64,000 nt of DNA from Gemmatimonadales bacterium (GCA_037189525.1 JBBCJC010000005.1:64001-128000), one strand, 5' to 3'; shown: positions 19,803-30,712, counted from the first letter of the stretch. Program-made: numbers and translations. Notes: generated by a model not told the origin, from the sequence alone.

Positions 19803-20565
19803 GAGAAATCACCACCGGCCCGTAGGCCCGTTGTTGAAAGACGAAGGCCCCGCCGCGACGCGCCAGTTCGAGAATCGCCAGCAGCGTCGACAGGACGTCG
19901 GCAATGGTCGGATGCGGACCGACCGCATCGCTCCAGCTGATACTGCCCCGCTCCGCCAGCAACGTTTCGATCCGGAGGGTGGCGCCCTCCACATTGAGGG
20001 GCCGGGCCACCACGCGGTGCAGCACCGGGTGGAGGATCCCCGCGATGACCCGTTCGACCGCGGCCAGCAGCTCCATCAGATCGAGCGTCAGTGGCGGCGG
20101 GGGCAGTTCGGGCGGTGGCGGCAGGTAGCCGCGGACAAACTTCGCCGCCCGACGCTCCGCCGCATCGCCCATCCAGAGGGCGATTTCCTTGATCTGCTGA
20201 TACTCGAGCAGCCGACGCACCAGTTCGGCCCGCGGATCCTCCCATTCCTCGCCGTCAGCGCCCCGGGGCAGCAGCATCTGCGCTTTGAGGCGAACCAGCC
20301 GGCTCGCCATATCGAGGTAGTCGGCCGCCTGATTCAGACCGAGTTGGTGGATGGCGCGGAGGAACTGATCCGCAATGCGGGCAATGGGAATATCTGCGAT
20401 ATCGAGCCGCTCCTCCCGGAGGAGGTGCAGCAGGAGGTCCAGGGGCCCCGTAAAGGCATCCAGTTCGACCACGAAGCCCGATTCGGGCCCGGGAATCCCG
20501 GGCTCGGCGTCGAGCGTGGCAGTGGAAGCAGGCGCCTCGGGCAGGTCCGGGCCGACAGTGGTCAT
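19777..20565 (-). CDS. scpA: Segregation/condensation protein ScpA
   Basis: FTGPLDLLLHL, LKAQMLLP, DPRAELVRRLLEY, LAILEL. Confidence 0.93.
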   Translation of the reverse strand: MTTVGPDLPEAPASTATLDAEPGIPGPESGFVVELDAFTGPLDLLLHLLREERLDIADIPIARIADQFLRAIHQLGLNQAADYLDMASRLVRLKAQMLLPRGADGEEWEDPRAELVRRLLEYQQIKEIALWMGDAAERRAAKFVRGYLPPPPELPPPPLTLDLMELLAAVERVIAGILHPVLHRVVARPLNVEGATLRIETLLAERGSISWSDAVGPHPTIADVLSTLLAILELARRGGAFVFQQRAYGPVVISRERPESAD

Positions 20566-20738
20566 GAACACCAAAACAAGCAGGAAAACCGACTCGACGG
20601 AGTTCGTCGAAAGCTGGGGTCCAATATGGTCGGCTCCCCCGCCCAGGCGAAGGGGGTCGGAAGTCGAATTCAACCCGATCTGGCGCCAAACCAGCCCCGA
20701 CGCGAACTTGCGGCACCTCGACCACCGACAACCTGGCC

Positions 20739-21896
20739 ATGCGCTTTCCGTTCGCCTCCGCCCTACTGGGCGTCTGCCTCCTCGTGCCACCTCTTGGCGC
20801 CCAGACCCAACCCGCCTCTCAAGTGGATTGGGACGTCCTGACGGCCAGGATCGTGACCCGGAACCTGCGGCTCGCCCCGGGTGAGCGGGTCCTGTTGTTC
20901 TGGGATCAGGAAAGCGACCGGGGCGCAGCGGCCGCCTTTCGCCGGGCCGTCGCCGCGGCTGGCGGGGTCATCTCGGCCGAGTTGAGCGCTCCCACAGAAG
21001 TGGAAGCGGTCCAGATCGCCCGGCTCGCCCCGGCGGTGCAAGCTCTCCAGCGAGCCCGGCGAGATTCCGCCTGGACCGCCGCCTTTGCCGGGGCCGATGT
21101 CGCGATCTGGCTTCCGACCCCGACGTCGACTCTGGCCGACCGTCCCTTCGAGCGGCTGGTCGAGCAATCGAAGGTCCGTTCGATTCACTTCCACTGGTTC
21201 CTGCCGCCCGATCAAGCGGATGTCGGACTGATCGACTCGCTCTACGTCGCGGCGATGGCGGTGCCGCCGGCCGACCTGGATGCGCGCATGGCGGCGATCG
21301 ACCGGGCCATCCGCGGCAAGACGGTTCGGATCACGGCGCCTAACGGTACCGACCTCAGGTTCCGCATTCCCGCCGATGCCTGGGTGCATCGCAACACCGG
21401 CGACATCAGCCGGGCCAGGGTGGCCAACGCGCGGACCATTCGCGATCGTGAGGAGGAGTTACCGGCCAGCGTGTTCCGCACCACCGCGCTGACGAACGTG
21501 GAAGGACGCGCCATCGGATACGCCAGCTTCGATACGCGGGGGCCGATCCTCGATGCGACCTTTGCGGGCAACCGGGTCACCCGGCTCGTCTCCGCTCGCG
21601 ACGGTGATGCGCTGGTCGCCTCATGGCAAAGCCGTTCGGGCGACAAGGATGTGCCCAGCGAGTTCGTGATCGGCACCAACCCCGCCCTGCCCGCGGTCCT
21701 GCCGTCGGGATTCATGCCGTACTACGGTTACGGCACCGGAATCGTCCGGGTTTCGTTCGGCGACAACTGGGAATCCGGAGGCAAGAATCGCGTGCCCGGC
21801 CACCTGGAGACCCTGCTCTTCATTCCCCAGGCCACCGTCACTGCCGACGGAGTAGTGATCGTGAAAGACGGCGAACTCGTCGCCGGCCGCACTTGA
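20739..21896 (+). CDS. Secreted M29/aminopeptidase-T-fold protein, apparently degenerate
   Basis: L.PGERVL, ITAPNGTDL, EFVIGTNP, G.N.....H, TVTADG..IVKDG pattern; signal peptide. Confidence 0.65.
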   Translation: MRFPFASALLGVCLLVPPLGAQTQPASQVDWDVLTARIVTRNLRLAPGERVLLFWDQESDRGAAAAFRRAVAAAGGVISAELSAPTEVEAVQIARLAPAVQALQRARRDSAWTAAFAGADVAIWLPTPTSTLADRPFERLVEQSKVRSIHFHWFLPPDQADVGLIDSLYVAAMAVPPADLDARMAAIDRAIRGKTVRITAPNGTDLRFRIPADAWVHRNTGDISRARVANARTIRDREEELPASVFRTTALTNVEGRAIGYASFDTRGPILDATFAGNRVTRLVSARDGDALVASWQSRSGDKDVPSEFVIGTNPALPAVLPSGFMPYYGYGTGIVRVSFGDNWESGGKNRVPGHLETLLFIPQATVTADGVVIVKDGELVAGRT

Positions 21897-21900
21897 GTCG

Positions 21901-23334
21901 CTATTTCCGATAGTCGAGCGGCGGGTCGCGATCGCCGACCTTGCTGGTATACCGGTACCCGCCCAGGCGCTGGTCGTGTTCGGCGCGCGCCTTGACCAGG
22001 TGCGTAGGATTGCCGAACAGCTCGACCGCGGTCAGCGCCATGGCCTTGGCGGCCAGGTCCATGCCCTTCATCCCGATCGACATCCCGCCCGCGGCTACCG
22101 CCTGCCAGGTGTGCGCCGGTGTCCCCGGCACCCAGGTCGCCGTGTTGACCTGCACGGTGGGCACCACCCAGCTCACGTCGCCTACGTCGGTGGAGCCGTT
22201 CGAGACCCCCGAATCGGCCGGAAGAATCGCTCCCGCGATCCGGCCCGGGTCGGACGGCGCGCCGGCGAGCGTCTTCCCGATCGAAGCTGCGAAGGTCTGC
22301 TCATCCGGCGTGTACCGGTAGCCGCCCACGCGCTGGAGCGCCTGCTCGGCCACATCCGACAGATGCTGATTGGGCAGCACGTTGTAGACCGAGTTCATCA
22401 GCTCGACCTCCATCGTAGTCCCCGTACCCAGCGCCGCGCCGTTGGCGGCCGCGAGGATCCGATCCCAGATCCCCTCCAGCACTCGCATGTCGCTGTGCCG
22501 AGCATAGTAGTACGACTCGGCAAAATCGGGCACGACGTTCGGTGCGCGGCCACCGGAGGTGATGATGTAGTGGATCCGCGCCTCGCTCGGGATATGCTCA
22601 CGAAGCAGGTTGACCATCGCGTTCATCGCCTCGACGCCGTCGAGCGCCGAGCGGCCCTGATCTGGCGCAATCGCCGCATGCGCACTCACGCCGCGGAAAC
22701 GGAACTTGGCCGAAATATTGGCAAGCGTGGTGGAACGCATCACGCGGTTGGCGTCACCCGGATGCCACGCCACCACGGCATCGACGTCGCGGAAAAGTCC
22801 GGCGCGCACCATGTAGACCTTGGCCCCACCGCCCTCCTCGGCCGGCGTACCGTAGAACCGAATCGTGCCGTGCTTACCCTGCTGCTGGAGCCAGTCCTTG
22901 ACCGCGATGGCCGCGGCCGCCGACGCCACACCGAAGAGATGGTGTCCGCAGCCGTGTCCCGGACCGCCGTCGAGCAGAATCTTTCGCGCGGGCACGGAGT
23001 CCTGCGACAGGCCGGGCAGCGCGTCGTACTCACCCAAAACTCCGATGACCGGCTGGCCGCTGCCCCAGCTCGCGACGAAGGCGGTCGGGATGCCCGCAAC
23101 ACCGGTTTCGATCGTGAATCCGGCGGCGCGCAGTTGCTCCTGCAGGAGGGCGCTGCTCTTCGTCTCCTGATAGCCGACTTCCGCAAAGCCCCAGATCCGG
23201 CGGGCGACTTCGCTGGAGCGGGCGTGACCGGCATCGATCTGCCGGAGCATGGCATCGATACCCGGCTGCTGCGCATCGAGACCGGCGGTGAGAGCGGCCA
23301 GAGCCAGCACTGTAAGCACGAGAGAGCGCATCAT
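21901..23334 (-). CDS. M20 amidohydrolase (AbgB-like), signal peptide
   Basis: GEYDALPG, GHGCGHH, PAEEGG, WHP, GSTDVGDVSW. Confidence 0.9.
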   Translation of the reverse strand: MMRSLVLTVLALAALTAGLDAQQPGIDAMLRQIDAGHARSSEVARRIWGFAEVGYQETKSSALLQEQLRAAGFTIETGVAGIPTAFVASWGSGQPVIGVLGEYDALPGLSQDSVPARKILLDGGPGHGCGHHLFGVASAAAAIAVKDWLQQQGKHGTIRFYGTPAEEGGGAKVYMVRAGLFRDVDAVVAWHPGDANRVMRSTTLANISAKFRFRGVSAHAAIAPDQGRSALDGVEAMNAMVNLLREHIPSEARIHYIITSGGRAPNVVPDFAESYYYARHSDMRVLEGIWDRILAAANGAALGTGTTMEVELMNSVYNVLPNQHLSDVAEQALQRVGGYRYTPDEQTFAASIGKTLAGAPSDPGRIAGAILPADSGVSNGSTDVGDVSWVVPTVQVNTATWVPGTPAHTWQAVAAGGMSIGMKGMDLAAKAMALTAVELFGNPTHLVKARAEHDQRLGGYRYTSKVGDRDPPLDYRK

Positions 23335-23391
23335 GGAAGCTCGATGAGGGATGGAAATTGGAACCGAGGGACTTCGGATCACCGTCCGCGG

Positions 23392-24201
23392 CTACCGGCG
23401 CCAGCGGACCAGGATCTCCTCCCGGTCGAAGCGTTTGAGGGTACCGACGAAGAGTCGCCAGAACAAGAGCCCGAACAGGAGGAGCGCAACGAGCGCAAGC
23501 GGCACGCTCCGGAACGCCGGGCGCCCGATGAGACCGATCAGCACCATCGCGGCGGGAATGACCCAGAGACCCGCCATCTGGGCCGCGGCCTGCACGTCGG
23601 CGGCCCGCATCGACGCCCGCATCCCGATCAGCGCGGCAATCCCGCCGGCGAGCGGCACCAGCAGCAGGAGCACCACGGTAAACGGCACCCCCGGGAAGAC
23701 GGGATGGCCGAGCCGCACCAGCGAGACGATCACCGCGCCGAGCGCGAACAGGAGGCCGGCGCCCCAGGTCACGAGGGTGCCCGGCACGGCCGCCGCCAGC
23801 AGCTTGGCGAGCAGGAACTCCCGATCCTCCACCGGCGTGGCGAGGATCGGCTCGAGGGTCCGCTGCTGCTTCTCCGCGGCAATCGACATGGCCGCGCCCA
23901 TGCTCGACAGGATGACCGGCATGAACAGGAAAAACGCGCCCACTTCGCGGACCAGGAGCCGAACGATCCGCTCCCCTTCCGGGAAATGCGCTAGCGCGGG
24001 ATCGAGCGCGGCAAACCGGAATAACGCCACGAAATCCGGATCGATACCCGGCGCCGCGGGATCGAGCGGCACCAGCGACAGCAATACCACCGGAATGCCG
24101 ACGCCGAGGAGCGGCAGGATCAGGTACCCGACCCAGACCTGGGCGTTACCGCGAATGTCGCGCAGTTCCTTGCGCAGGAAGAGGGGCAGCACCGGCTTCA
24201 T
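23392..24201 (-). CDS. ABC-2 type permease
   Basis: KELRD, AAEKQQRTLEPILATP, multiple TMs. Confidence 0.88.
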   Translation of the reverse strand: MKPVLPLFLRKELRDIRGNAQVWVGYLILPLLGVGIPVVLLSLVPLDPAAPGIDPDFVALFRFAALDPALAHFPEGERIVRLLVREVGAFFLFMPVILSSMGAAMSIAAEKQQRTLEPILATPVEDREFLLAKLLAAAVPGTLVTWGAGLLFALGAVIVSLVRLGHPVFPGVPFTVVLLLLVPLAGGIAALIGMRASMRAADVQAAAQMAGLWVIPAAMVLIGLIGRPAFRSVPLALVALLLFGLLFWRLFVGTLKRFDREEILVRWRR

Positions 24202-25118
24202 TCGGCGCTCGCGATCGTCGCCAGGTAGACGTCTTCCAGCGTGCGACGGATGGGAACGACGGCGCGGACTCCGATACCGGCCGCGACGAGCGCTTCCACC
24301 ATCGCCGGGACCCGCTCACCAGCCGGGCGGACCGTCACCGTTTCGCCCTCGACCTCGGGCTGCAAGTCCAGCGGCAGCGCGGCAAGCGCCGCGGCCGCCT
24401 GACGCGGGTCGCCGGTTACTTCGATGACGACCTGCCCCGCCTGGTCCTGCCCGCCGAGCGACGCGGGCGGCCCGAATGCCAGCAGGCGCCGCTGCAGGAT
24501 ACCCACGACATCCGCCAGCTCCGCAGCTTCGGCCAGGTTGTGGGTACAGACGAGGATGGTCCGTCCCGCCTGCTTGAGCGACCGGATCAGGTGCCGCACC
24601 TCGCGCGCCGATTGCGGATCGAGCCCCGAAGTCGGCTCGTCGAAGAAGATGACCGATGGGTCGTGAAAGATCGCGCGGACGATCGCGAGCCGCTGCTTCA
24701 TGCCTTTGCTGTAGGTCGCCACCAGGTCGTCGCGCCGATCCCAGAGCTGCATGGCCGTGAGGTGGCGTTCGATGGTGCTCGCGAGGCGCTGGCCCTCGAG
24801 CCCGTAGAGCCGGCCGAAGAGCGCCAGATTCTCGTACGCCGAGAGCCGGTCGTAGAGCCCGGGTGTCTCGGTGAGCAGGCCGGTGGCGGCGCGGAGTCTG
24901 GCCATCTCATCCCGGGCGCCGGGAATACCCACCCCTGCCACCCGCGCCGACCCCGCCGTGACCCCGATCAGGCCCAGCAGCATCCGCACGGTCGTGGTCT
25001 TGCCCGCTCCGTTCGGACCGAGCAGAGCGCAGAGCTCGCCCTCCCGGAGCGCAAAGCTCACCTGGTCGACCACCACCCGGTCGCCGAAGGTGCGCGTCAG
25101 GCCATTGAGTTCAACCAT
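24198..25118 (-). CDS. ABC transporter ATP-binding protein
   Basis: GPNGAGKTT, YSKGMKQR, FFDEPTSGLD, THNL. Confidence 0.95.
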   Translation of the reverse strand: MVELNGLTRTFGDRVVVDQVSFALREGELCALLGPNGAGKTTTVRMLLGLIGVTAGSARVAGVGIPGARDEMARLRAATGLLTETPGLYDRLSAYENLALFGRLYGLEGQRLASTIERHLTAMQLWDRRDDLVATYSKGMKQRLAIVRAIFHDPSVIFFDEPTSGLDPQSAREVRHLIRSLKQAGRTILVCTHNLAEAAELADVVGILQRRLLAFGPPASLGGQDQAGQVVIEVTGDPRQAAAALAALPLDLQPEVEGETVTVRPAGERVPAMVEALVAAGIGVRAVVPIRRTLEDVYLATIASAE

Positions 25119-25239
25119 GCATCGGGGTCACCTTCCGCGAGAATGCCGGGCCCTTGCCCTAGCTAGCTCGACCCGGCTAGCTTAAAAGGCTATTGCCCGA
25201 CTGTCGTCGGGGCCGAATTGCCGAATCGTCGAGGAAACG

Positions 25240-25506
25240 ATGCCGAGGATCAAGTCCGCCAAGAAGCGGTTGCGTCAGACCAAGACCCGTACCGCCGCGA
25301 ATCGTCAGAAGCGGAGCCAGCTCCGGACCGCCGTGAAGAATGCGCGGAAGGCCACCGACGCCGCTACCCGGGCGACCACGTTCGCCACGGCCGAGAAGCT
25401 CCTCGACCGCGCCGGCCAGAAGCGCCTGATCCATCCGAACGCGGCCGCTCGCCACAAGAGCCGGCTGGCCAAGGCCAAGAACGCCGCGGCTGCCGCGAGC
25501 GCCTGA
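25240..25506 (+). CDS. rpsT: 30S ribosomal protein S20
   Basis: MPRIKSAKKRLRQ...IHPNAAARHKSRL; GAGG RBS. Confidence 0.97.
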   Translation: MPRIKSAKKRLRQTKTRTAANRQKRSQLRTAVKNARKATDAATRATTFATAEKLLDRAGQKRLIHPNAAARHKSRLAKAKNAAAAASA

Positions 25507-25532
25507 TCGATCGGACGGACGACGCACAAGAC

Positions 25533-25561
25533 AAAGGGGCCGGCATTCGCCGGCCCCTTTT
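25533..25561. terminator. Bidirectional intrinsic terminator
   Basis: AAAGGGGCCGGC-attc-GCCGGCCCCTTTT between convergent genes. Confidence 0.88.
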
Positions 25562-25581
25562 CTCATTCCCGCCCGCCCGGC

Positions 25582-26517
25582 TCAGACCGCCGCGAGTTCG
25601 GCGCCGCAGCGCTCACAGTACCACTCGGTCGGCCGGTTGAGCGAGCCGCACTCACCGCACTTGAGCGTCTTGGCCGACGTCGGGGCCGGCCGTTCGGGGC
25701 CGCGGACTTCCGGGACGGTCGTGGTCGCCTGCCCGGCCGCGTTACGCGGATCGAGCGTCATCGACTTGAGGAAGGTCAGCTCATCCACCGACGAGGCCGG
25801 CGGAGGCGCCAGGGGCTCCTTGGAGGCGGCGGGAGCCGGGAACGGAATCGACCGGGCCGGGCCGGACTCGCGCGGCTTGAGGCCGCCACGAGGCACGAAC
25901 CGCGGAGCCTCGGGGAGTTCGATCGGCGCCGGCGCCGCGGTGGCCGAAGGCGGCGTCGGGGCCGCCGGCTCCTCCTCCAGGCTCAGCACCACGGGCGCTT
26001 CGAGTTCCGGCTCCGGCACCGGTTCGGGCTCGGGCGCAAAGGCCACCGGCTCGATCACGGGCTCCGGTTCCGGCGCCGGCGGCGGCGCGATCTGACTCAG
26101 CACTTCCTCGAGCCGGCCCGTCTCCCCCGCCAACCGGTTCAGCTCTTCGTTGAGCCCGGCAATCTTGCCCCCGCAGTCATCGGCGACCCGCTGCCACTCG
26201 GCCTCGCTGTACTCGCCCACGGAATGCCGCAACTCGGCTTCGGCGAGGGTCTCCTCTTCCTCACTCCGGAAGGCCTGGTACTCCCGGGTCTGGCTCCGGA
26301 GTCCTTCCAGGGTGCTGCTGATGACATCGGAGTGACCGCGGAGGCTTTCCACGACCTGCGCCAGACGGGCCTCGTAGTCCGTCCGGACCCGCTGCCGTAC
26401 CGTCGGGGGAGTCTTGCTTCCTGCGGCGTCGATCTTCTCGAGCCAGCCCGTCAGCTGCTGCCGCGACGCGAGGAGGGACTCGACCTCGCTCAAGTCCTGC
26501 CGCTCAAAATCAGTCAT
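25582..26517 (-). CDS. Hypothetical coiled-coil / Pro-Glu-rich / C-terminal zinc-ribbon protein
   Basis: Helical N-half, PEPEP linker, CGECGSLN...CERC; GGAG RBS. Confidence 0.8.
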   Translation of the reverse strand: MTDFERQDLSEVESLLASRQQLTGWLEKIDAAGSKTPPTVRQRVRTDYEARLAQVVESLRGHSDVISSTLEGLRSQTREYQAFRSEEEETLAEAELRHSVGEYSEAEWQRVADDCGGKIAGLNEELNRLAGETGRLEEVLSQIAPPPAPEPEPVIEPVAFAPEPEPVPEPELEAPVVLSLEEEPAAPTPPSATAAPAPIELPEAPRFVPRGGLKPRESGPARSIPFPAPAASKEPLAPPPASSVDELTFLKSMTLDPRNAAGQATTTVPEVRGPERPAPTSAKTLKCGECGSLNRPTEWYCERCGAELAAV

Positions 26518-26599
26518 CCTGAGTGTCTCCCAACGTATCCCCGGTTCCCCAAGCCTGTGACGGTCGGATCAAGTCCCGTCAGGGCAACGTCTTACGAGA

Positions 26600-27901
26600 T
26601 CAGGTCGCAGCAGCCGTCCCGTCCCGATCAAAGACGATCCGGCCCCCCACCACCGTTACCTCGGCCTGCCCCGTGAACGTCTCACCAAGATAGGGGCTGT
26701 TGGTGCTCTTGGAGTGCAAATCCTCTGCCCGAACGATCCACTGGCGGCCCGGGTCGAAGACGACCACGTCGGCGGGGGCTCCGATCGCCAGAGTCCCCCC
26801 AGGTAACTTGAAGACCCGGGCCGGAACCGTGCTCATCCGCGCCACCAGGTCGGGCAGGCTCAGGAGCCCCGGGCTCACCAGCTCGCGGAGCCCGACCGCC
26901 AGGGCGGTTTCGAGGCCGACGATCCCGTTCGGCGCCTGGTCGAACTCGCGTTGCTTGGCATCATAGTGGTGGGGCGCGTGGTCGGTCGCAATGCAGTCGA
27001 TGGTGCCGTCCCGAAGCGCCTCCCGAATGGCTTCGACATCGGGATCTTCCCGGAGCGGCGGATTCATCTTGGCGTTGGTGTTGTACGCCTCGCAACAGCG
27101 GTGGGTCAGGCTGAAATGATGCGGGGTCGCCTCGGCCGTCACGTTGAGGCCCTTTTCCTTGGCGCGCCGGATCAGTTCGACCGAACCGCGGGTCGACATG
27201 TGGCAGAGGTGGACGTGCCCACCCGTCAGCTCCGCAAGGATGATGTCCCGCGCCACCATGATCTCTTCGGCCGCCGAGGGGATCCCTTTGAGGCCGAGCC
27301 GGGTGGCCACTTCGCCCTCGTGCATGGCGCCACCCTGCGCCAGGGTGTGGTCTTCGCAGTGGTCGGCGACGGGGATTCCGAAGACCTTGGCATACTCGAG
27401 CGCCGTGCGCATCAACTGGCTCGACACCACCGGCTTGCCGTCGTCGCTCACCGCCACCGCGCCGGCCCCGATCATCTCACCGAACTCGGCCAGCTGCTGG
27501 CCGTTCTGGCCCAGGGAGACACAGCCGATCGGATAGACGCGCGCCTTGCCGGCCCGGAGCGCCTGCCGCACCACGAACCCGACCGCCGCCTGGTTGTCGA
27601 TGACCGGATCGGTGTTGGGCATGGCACAGACACCGGTAAAGCCGCCCGCCACCGCCGACGTGGTCCCGGTGGCAATCGTCTCCATGTGCTCCTGCCCCGG
27701 CTCGCGCAGGTGCACGTGCACGTCGATGAATCCGGGCGCCACCACTTTGCCCGTCGCATCGATCCGCGGGGTGCCTTCCTCGGCGACGATGTTACGGCCC
27801 ACCGCTTCGATCCGGCCATCCTGGATGTAGACATCGGCCACGCCATCGGTGCCGCGGGAGGGATCGATCACGCGCCCCCCGGCAATCAAAAGAGCATTCA
27901 T
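26600..27901 (-). CDS. pyrC: Dihydroorotase
   Basis: [28 protein letters not shown]. Confidence 0.96.
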   Translation of the reverse strand: MNALLIAGGRVIDPSRGTDGVADVYIQDGRIEAVGRNIVAEEGTPRIDATGKVVAPGFIDVHVHLREPGQEHMETIATGTTSAVAGGFTGVCAMPNTDPVIDNQAAVGFVVRQALRAGKARVYPIGCVSLGQNGQQLAEFGEMIGAGAVAVSDDGKPVVSSQLMRTALEYAKVFGIPVADHCEDHTLAQGGAMHEGEVATRLGLKGIPSAAEEIMVARDIILAELTGGHVHLCHMSTRGSVELIRRAKEKGLNVTAEATPHHFSLTHRCCEAYNTNAKMNPPLREDPDVEAIREALRDGTIDCIATDHAPHHYDAKQREFDQAPNGIVGLETALAVGLRELVSPGLLSLPDLVARMSTVPARVFKLPGGTLAIGAPADVVVFDPGRQWIVRAEDLHSKSTNSPYLGETFTGQAEVTVVGGRIVFDRDGTAAAT

Positions 27902-28854
27902 CGGTCGTCTGCTGCCTGACTCCGCCAGTCGGGCGACCCGCCGGCGAGGAGATAGAGCACGGCCATTCGCACGGCCACGCCGTTGGTCACCTGGGGAAGA
28001 ATTACACTATGCGGGCCGTCGGCCACGTCGCTGTCGATTTCGACGCCGCGGTTCATCGGGCCCGGATGCATGATGATGAGATCCTTGGGCGCCCGCTCCA
28101 ACCGCTCGGTGGTCACGCCGAAGATCCGGTTGTACTCACGAAGGGACGGCACGAAGCCCCCTTCCATCCGTTCGAGCTGGAGCCGGAGCACGTTCAACGC
28201 ATCGGCCCAGCCGATGGCCTCCTCGATGTGGTGCATCACGGTGACACCGAGCGACTCGAGCCCCTTGGGCAAGAGCGTGGGCGGCCCGCACACCGCCACC
28301 TGCGCACCGAGCTTGGTCAAGCCCCAGATGTTGCTGCGGGCGACCCGGCTGTGCAGCACATCGCCGCAGATGGCGACCTTGAGCCCGTCGATCCGGCCGA
28401 ACGTGTCACGCAAGGTGAGCAGATCGAGCAGCGCCTGAGTGGGATGCTCGTGCTTGCCGTCGCCGGCGTTGATGACGTTGGACCTGATCCGTTCACCCAG
28501 GAACCGCGCGGCGCCGCTCGAGGGGTGACGGATCACCACCATGTCGATCCGCATCGCTTCGAGATTACGGGCGGTATCGACCAGAGTCTCGCCCTTGGAG
28601 ACCGAACTCGCCTGGGTCGCCACGTTGACCGTGTCGGCCGAGAGCCGCTTTTCGGCAAACTCGAAGGAGATTCGGGTTCGGGTCGAGGCTTCGAAGAAGA
28701 GATTGACGATGGTCTTGCCGCGGAGTGCCGGAACCTTCTTGATCGACCGTTCGCTCACCTCTTTGAACGGCTCGGCCGTGTCCAGGATCGCCACGATCTG
28801 TTCGGCCGAAAGGTGCTCGAGCCCGACCAGGTCCTTGCCCAGAGCGCCGCTCAT
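27898..28854 (-). CDS. pyrB: Aspartate carbamoyltransferase catalytic subunit
   Basis: [30 protein letters not shown]. Confidence 0.97.
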   Translation of the reverse strand: MSGALGKDLVGLEHLSAEQIVAILDTAEPFKEVSERSIKKVPALRGKTIVNLFFEASTRTRISFEFAEKRLSADTVNVATQASSVSKGETLVDTARNLEAMRIDMVVIRHPSSGAARFLGERIRSNVINAGDGKHEHPTQALLDLLTLRDTFGRIDGLKVAICGDVLHSRVARSNIWGLTKLGAQVAVCGPPTLLPKGLESLGVTVMHHIEEAIGWADALNVLRLQLERMEGGFVPSLREYNRIFGVTTERLERAPKDLIIMHPGPMNRGVEIDSDVADGPHSVILPQVTNGVAVRMAVLYLLAGGSPDWRSQAADDR

Positions 28855-29390
28855 CGGGCCCGGACCAGCAGGACGGCATCTTCGCCGTCGTGTTCCGCGA
28901 CCTGGACGTCGACCCGATCGCCCGGCACGGTGCCGATGGTCAGGCCCACGATGTCAGCCTGGATCGGCAGTTCCCGACCACCGCGATCGACCAGGACACA
29001 GAGCAGGATCCGCTTGGGCCGTCCGAAATCGGCCAGCTCGTCGAGGGCGGCGCGAATGGTCCGTCCGGTATAGAGCACGTCGTCGACGATCACCACCGTG
29101 TGCCCGTCGATTTCCCGGGGCAGGCTGGTTTCCCCGACCAGGGGTCGAGGACCGATCGACTGCAGATCGTCGCGGTAGAGGGTGATATCGAGTTTGCCCT
29201 GGGGAATCGGATGCCCTTCGTTCCGCTCGAGCAAAACGGCGAGACGTTGAGCCAGCTCAACGCCCCGCCGCTGAATTCCCACGAGAATGACCCCTTCGAC
29301 TCCCTGGCACCGCTCGACGATTTCACTCGCCATGCGGGACAGTGCGCGACTCATCGCGCGAGCATCGAGAACCCGGCTGGTGGATGTCAT
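28851..29390 (-). CDS. pyrR: PyrR regulator / uracil phosphoribosyltransferase
   Basis: [28 protein letters not shown]. Confidence 0.96.
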   Translation of the reverse strand: MTSTSRVLDARAMSRALSRMASEIVERCQGVEGVILVGIQRRGVELAQRLAVLLERNEGHPIPQGKLDITLYRDDLQSIGPRPLVGETSLPREIDGHTVVIVDDVLYTGRTIRAALDELADFGRPKRILLCVLVDRGGRELPIQADIVGLTIGTVPGDRVDVQVAEHDGEDAVLLVRAR

Positions 29391-29404
29391 GCCGGGAGCC
29401 CAAG

Positions 29405-30712
29405 CTAGTTAGCGATCATGAGGTCCGCAACCTTGGCGCGCCGGGTGAAAATCTCGGACTGCCCCACTCTCGGCAGCGACATCACCGACTTGGGGTCGTC
29501 CATGTTGGGACGGGCCGCTTCATCGGCCCGGTACACCTCGGTGGCCTTCTGGCTCCAGGCGACCTGCAGAGTGTCCCGGAGCACCGCAAAGACCGGGTAG
29601 GTCGCGGCCCCGCCCTGGCTCAGCTGAATTTCGGGCCCGAAACTGCCACCCGGCGCGGCCGTTCGGAGCAGAATCCGGGGCGACTGACTCAACCCGTCGT
29701 CCCAGCCGACCACCGTGCCGAAGTCGCCGACCGCCAGCTGCACATGGGCCGGCGCTGCCTTTTCCCCGACCGCGATGGGCGTGGCCTCGAAGGTTTTTCC
29801 GGCATCGGCCGACCGGGCATAGTAGACCCCTGCCTCACCCGGCTTCCCGGTCCACCAGGCAATGTGCACCACGCCCGCCTGATCGATCTCGAGCGACGGG
29901 CCCGCGTGCGGGCACCCGCCGAAGACCCAGCCGTCCTCGCGGGGTCGCACCGGCTCGTTCCAGGTGGCGCCACCATCGGGCGACCGCATCACCACGACAT
30001 CCCGGACTTCGCCCTCGAAGATCCGGCGCCAGGCCACATAGAGGCTGCCATCCGGACCAAGCGCCAGGCCCGTCCGGCAACAGGGACACGCGGCGGCGCT
30101 GTCGATGGCCCGCGCCGCATCCCAGGTCCGGCCACCATCCTTCGACTGCCGGAGCCAGACCATCGAGCGGCCATGATGGGAACTGAGCCACGCCGCATGC
30201 ACCGCCCCACCCGGACCGCCCAGCACGGCGTGGAAATTATGCGAGCCGAACCGTTCGCCCTCGTTGACGCTGACCGGCTCGCGCCAGCTGCGGCCGCCGT
30301 CGTCGGACCGGATCAGCCGCAGGGCGCTCCTCGGAAAGCGAGAGCCGGGGACTTCCTTCCCGACGGTGTACATCACGTAGATCGCCCCGTCGGACGACTC
30401 CGCAAGCTGCGGAGGCGCCTCCCCGTGCGGGTTGATCCCGCCCAGGGAGTCGCGCACGACGACCACCGGATCGCCCGTAGTGGCCCCGTCACGGGTGACC
30501 TCGACGAACAGCGCCTCGCGGCCGCTCACGGAATCGACCGCGACCCACGAGAGCATCCGGTCGCCGCTCGAGGTCACCAGCATCATCGGCGTGGCCCCCG
30601 TTGCGGTTGCCGCCGACGCCAGCTCGATCGGCGTCATCGGAACTTCGCCAGGTCCGCATCCCGCGGCTGCCGCCAGGGCCAAGGCCCCGATCACCCGTTT
30701 CCATTGCATCAT
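29405..30712 (-). CDS. BNR/Asp-box (sialidase-fold) lipoprotein
   Basis: Lipobox AAGC; repeated S.DGG.(S/T)W Asp-boxes; CPCC and GCPH motifs. Confidence 0.85.
   Translation of the reverse strand: MMQWKRVIGALALAAAAGCGPGEVPMTPIELASAATATGATPMMLVTSSGDRMLSWVAVDSVSGREALFVEVTRDGATTGDPVVVVRDSLGGINPHGEAPPQLAESSDGAIYVMYTVGKEVPGSRFPRSALRLIRSDDGGRSWREPVSVNEGERFGSHNFHAVLGGPGGAVHAAWLSSHHGRSMVWLRQSKDGGRTWDAARAIDSAAACPCCRTGLALGPDGSLYVAWRRIFEGEVRDVVVMRSPDGGATWNEPVRPREDGWVFGGCPHAGPSLEIDQAGVVHIAWWTGKPGEAGVYYARSADAGKTFEATPIAVGEKAAPAHVQLAVGDFGTVVGWDDGLSQSPRILLRTAAPGGSFGPEIQLSQGGAATYPVFAVLRDTLQVAWSQKATEVYRADEAARPNMDDPKSVMSLPRVGQSEIFTRRAKVADLMIAN

Noticed and set aside
29440..29470. AGTCCGAGA on the minus strand upstream of pyrR as a PyrR-binding loop
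   Set aside because: Only a partial match; lacks the GAGGYU continuation and flanking stem, and lies in coding sequence.
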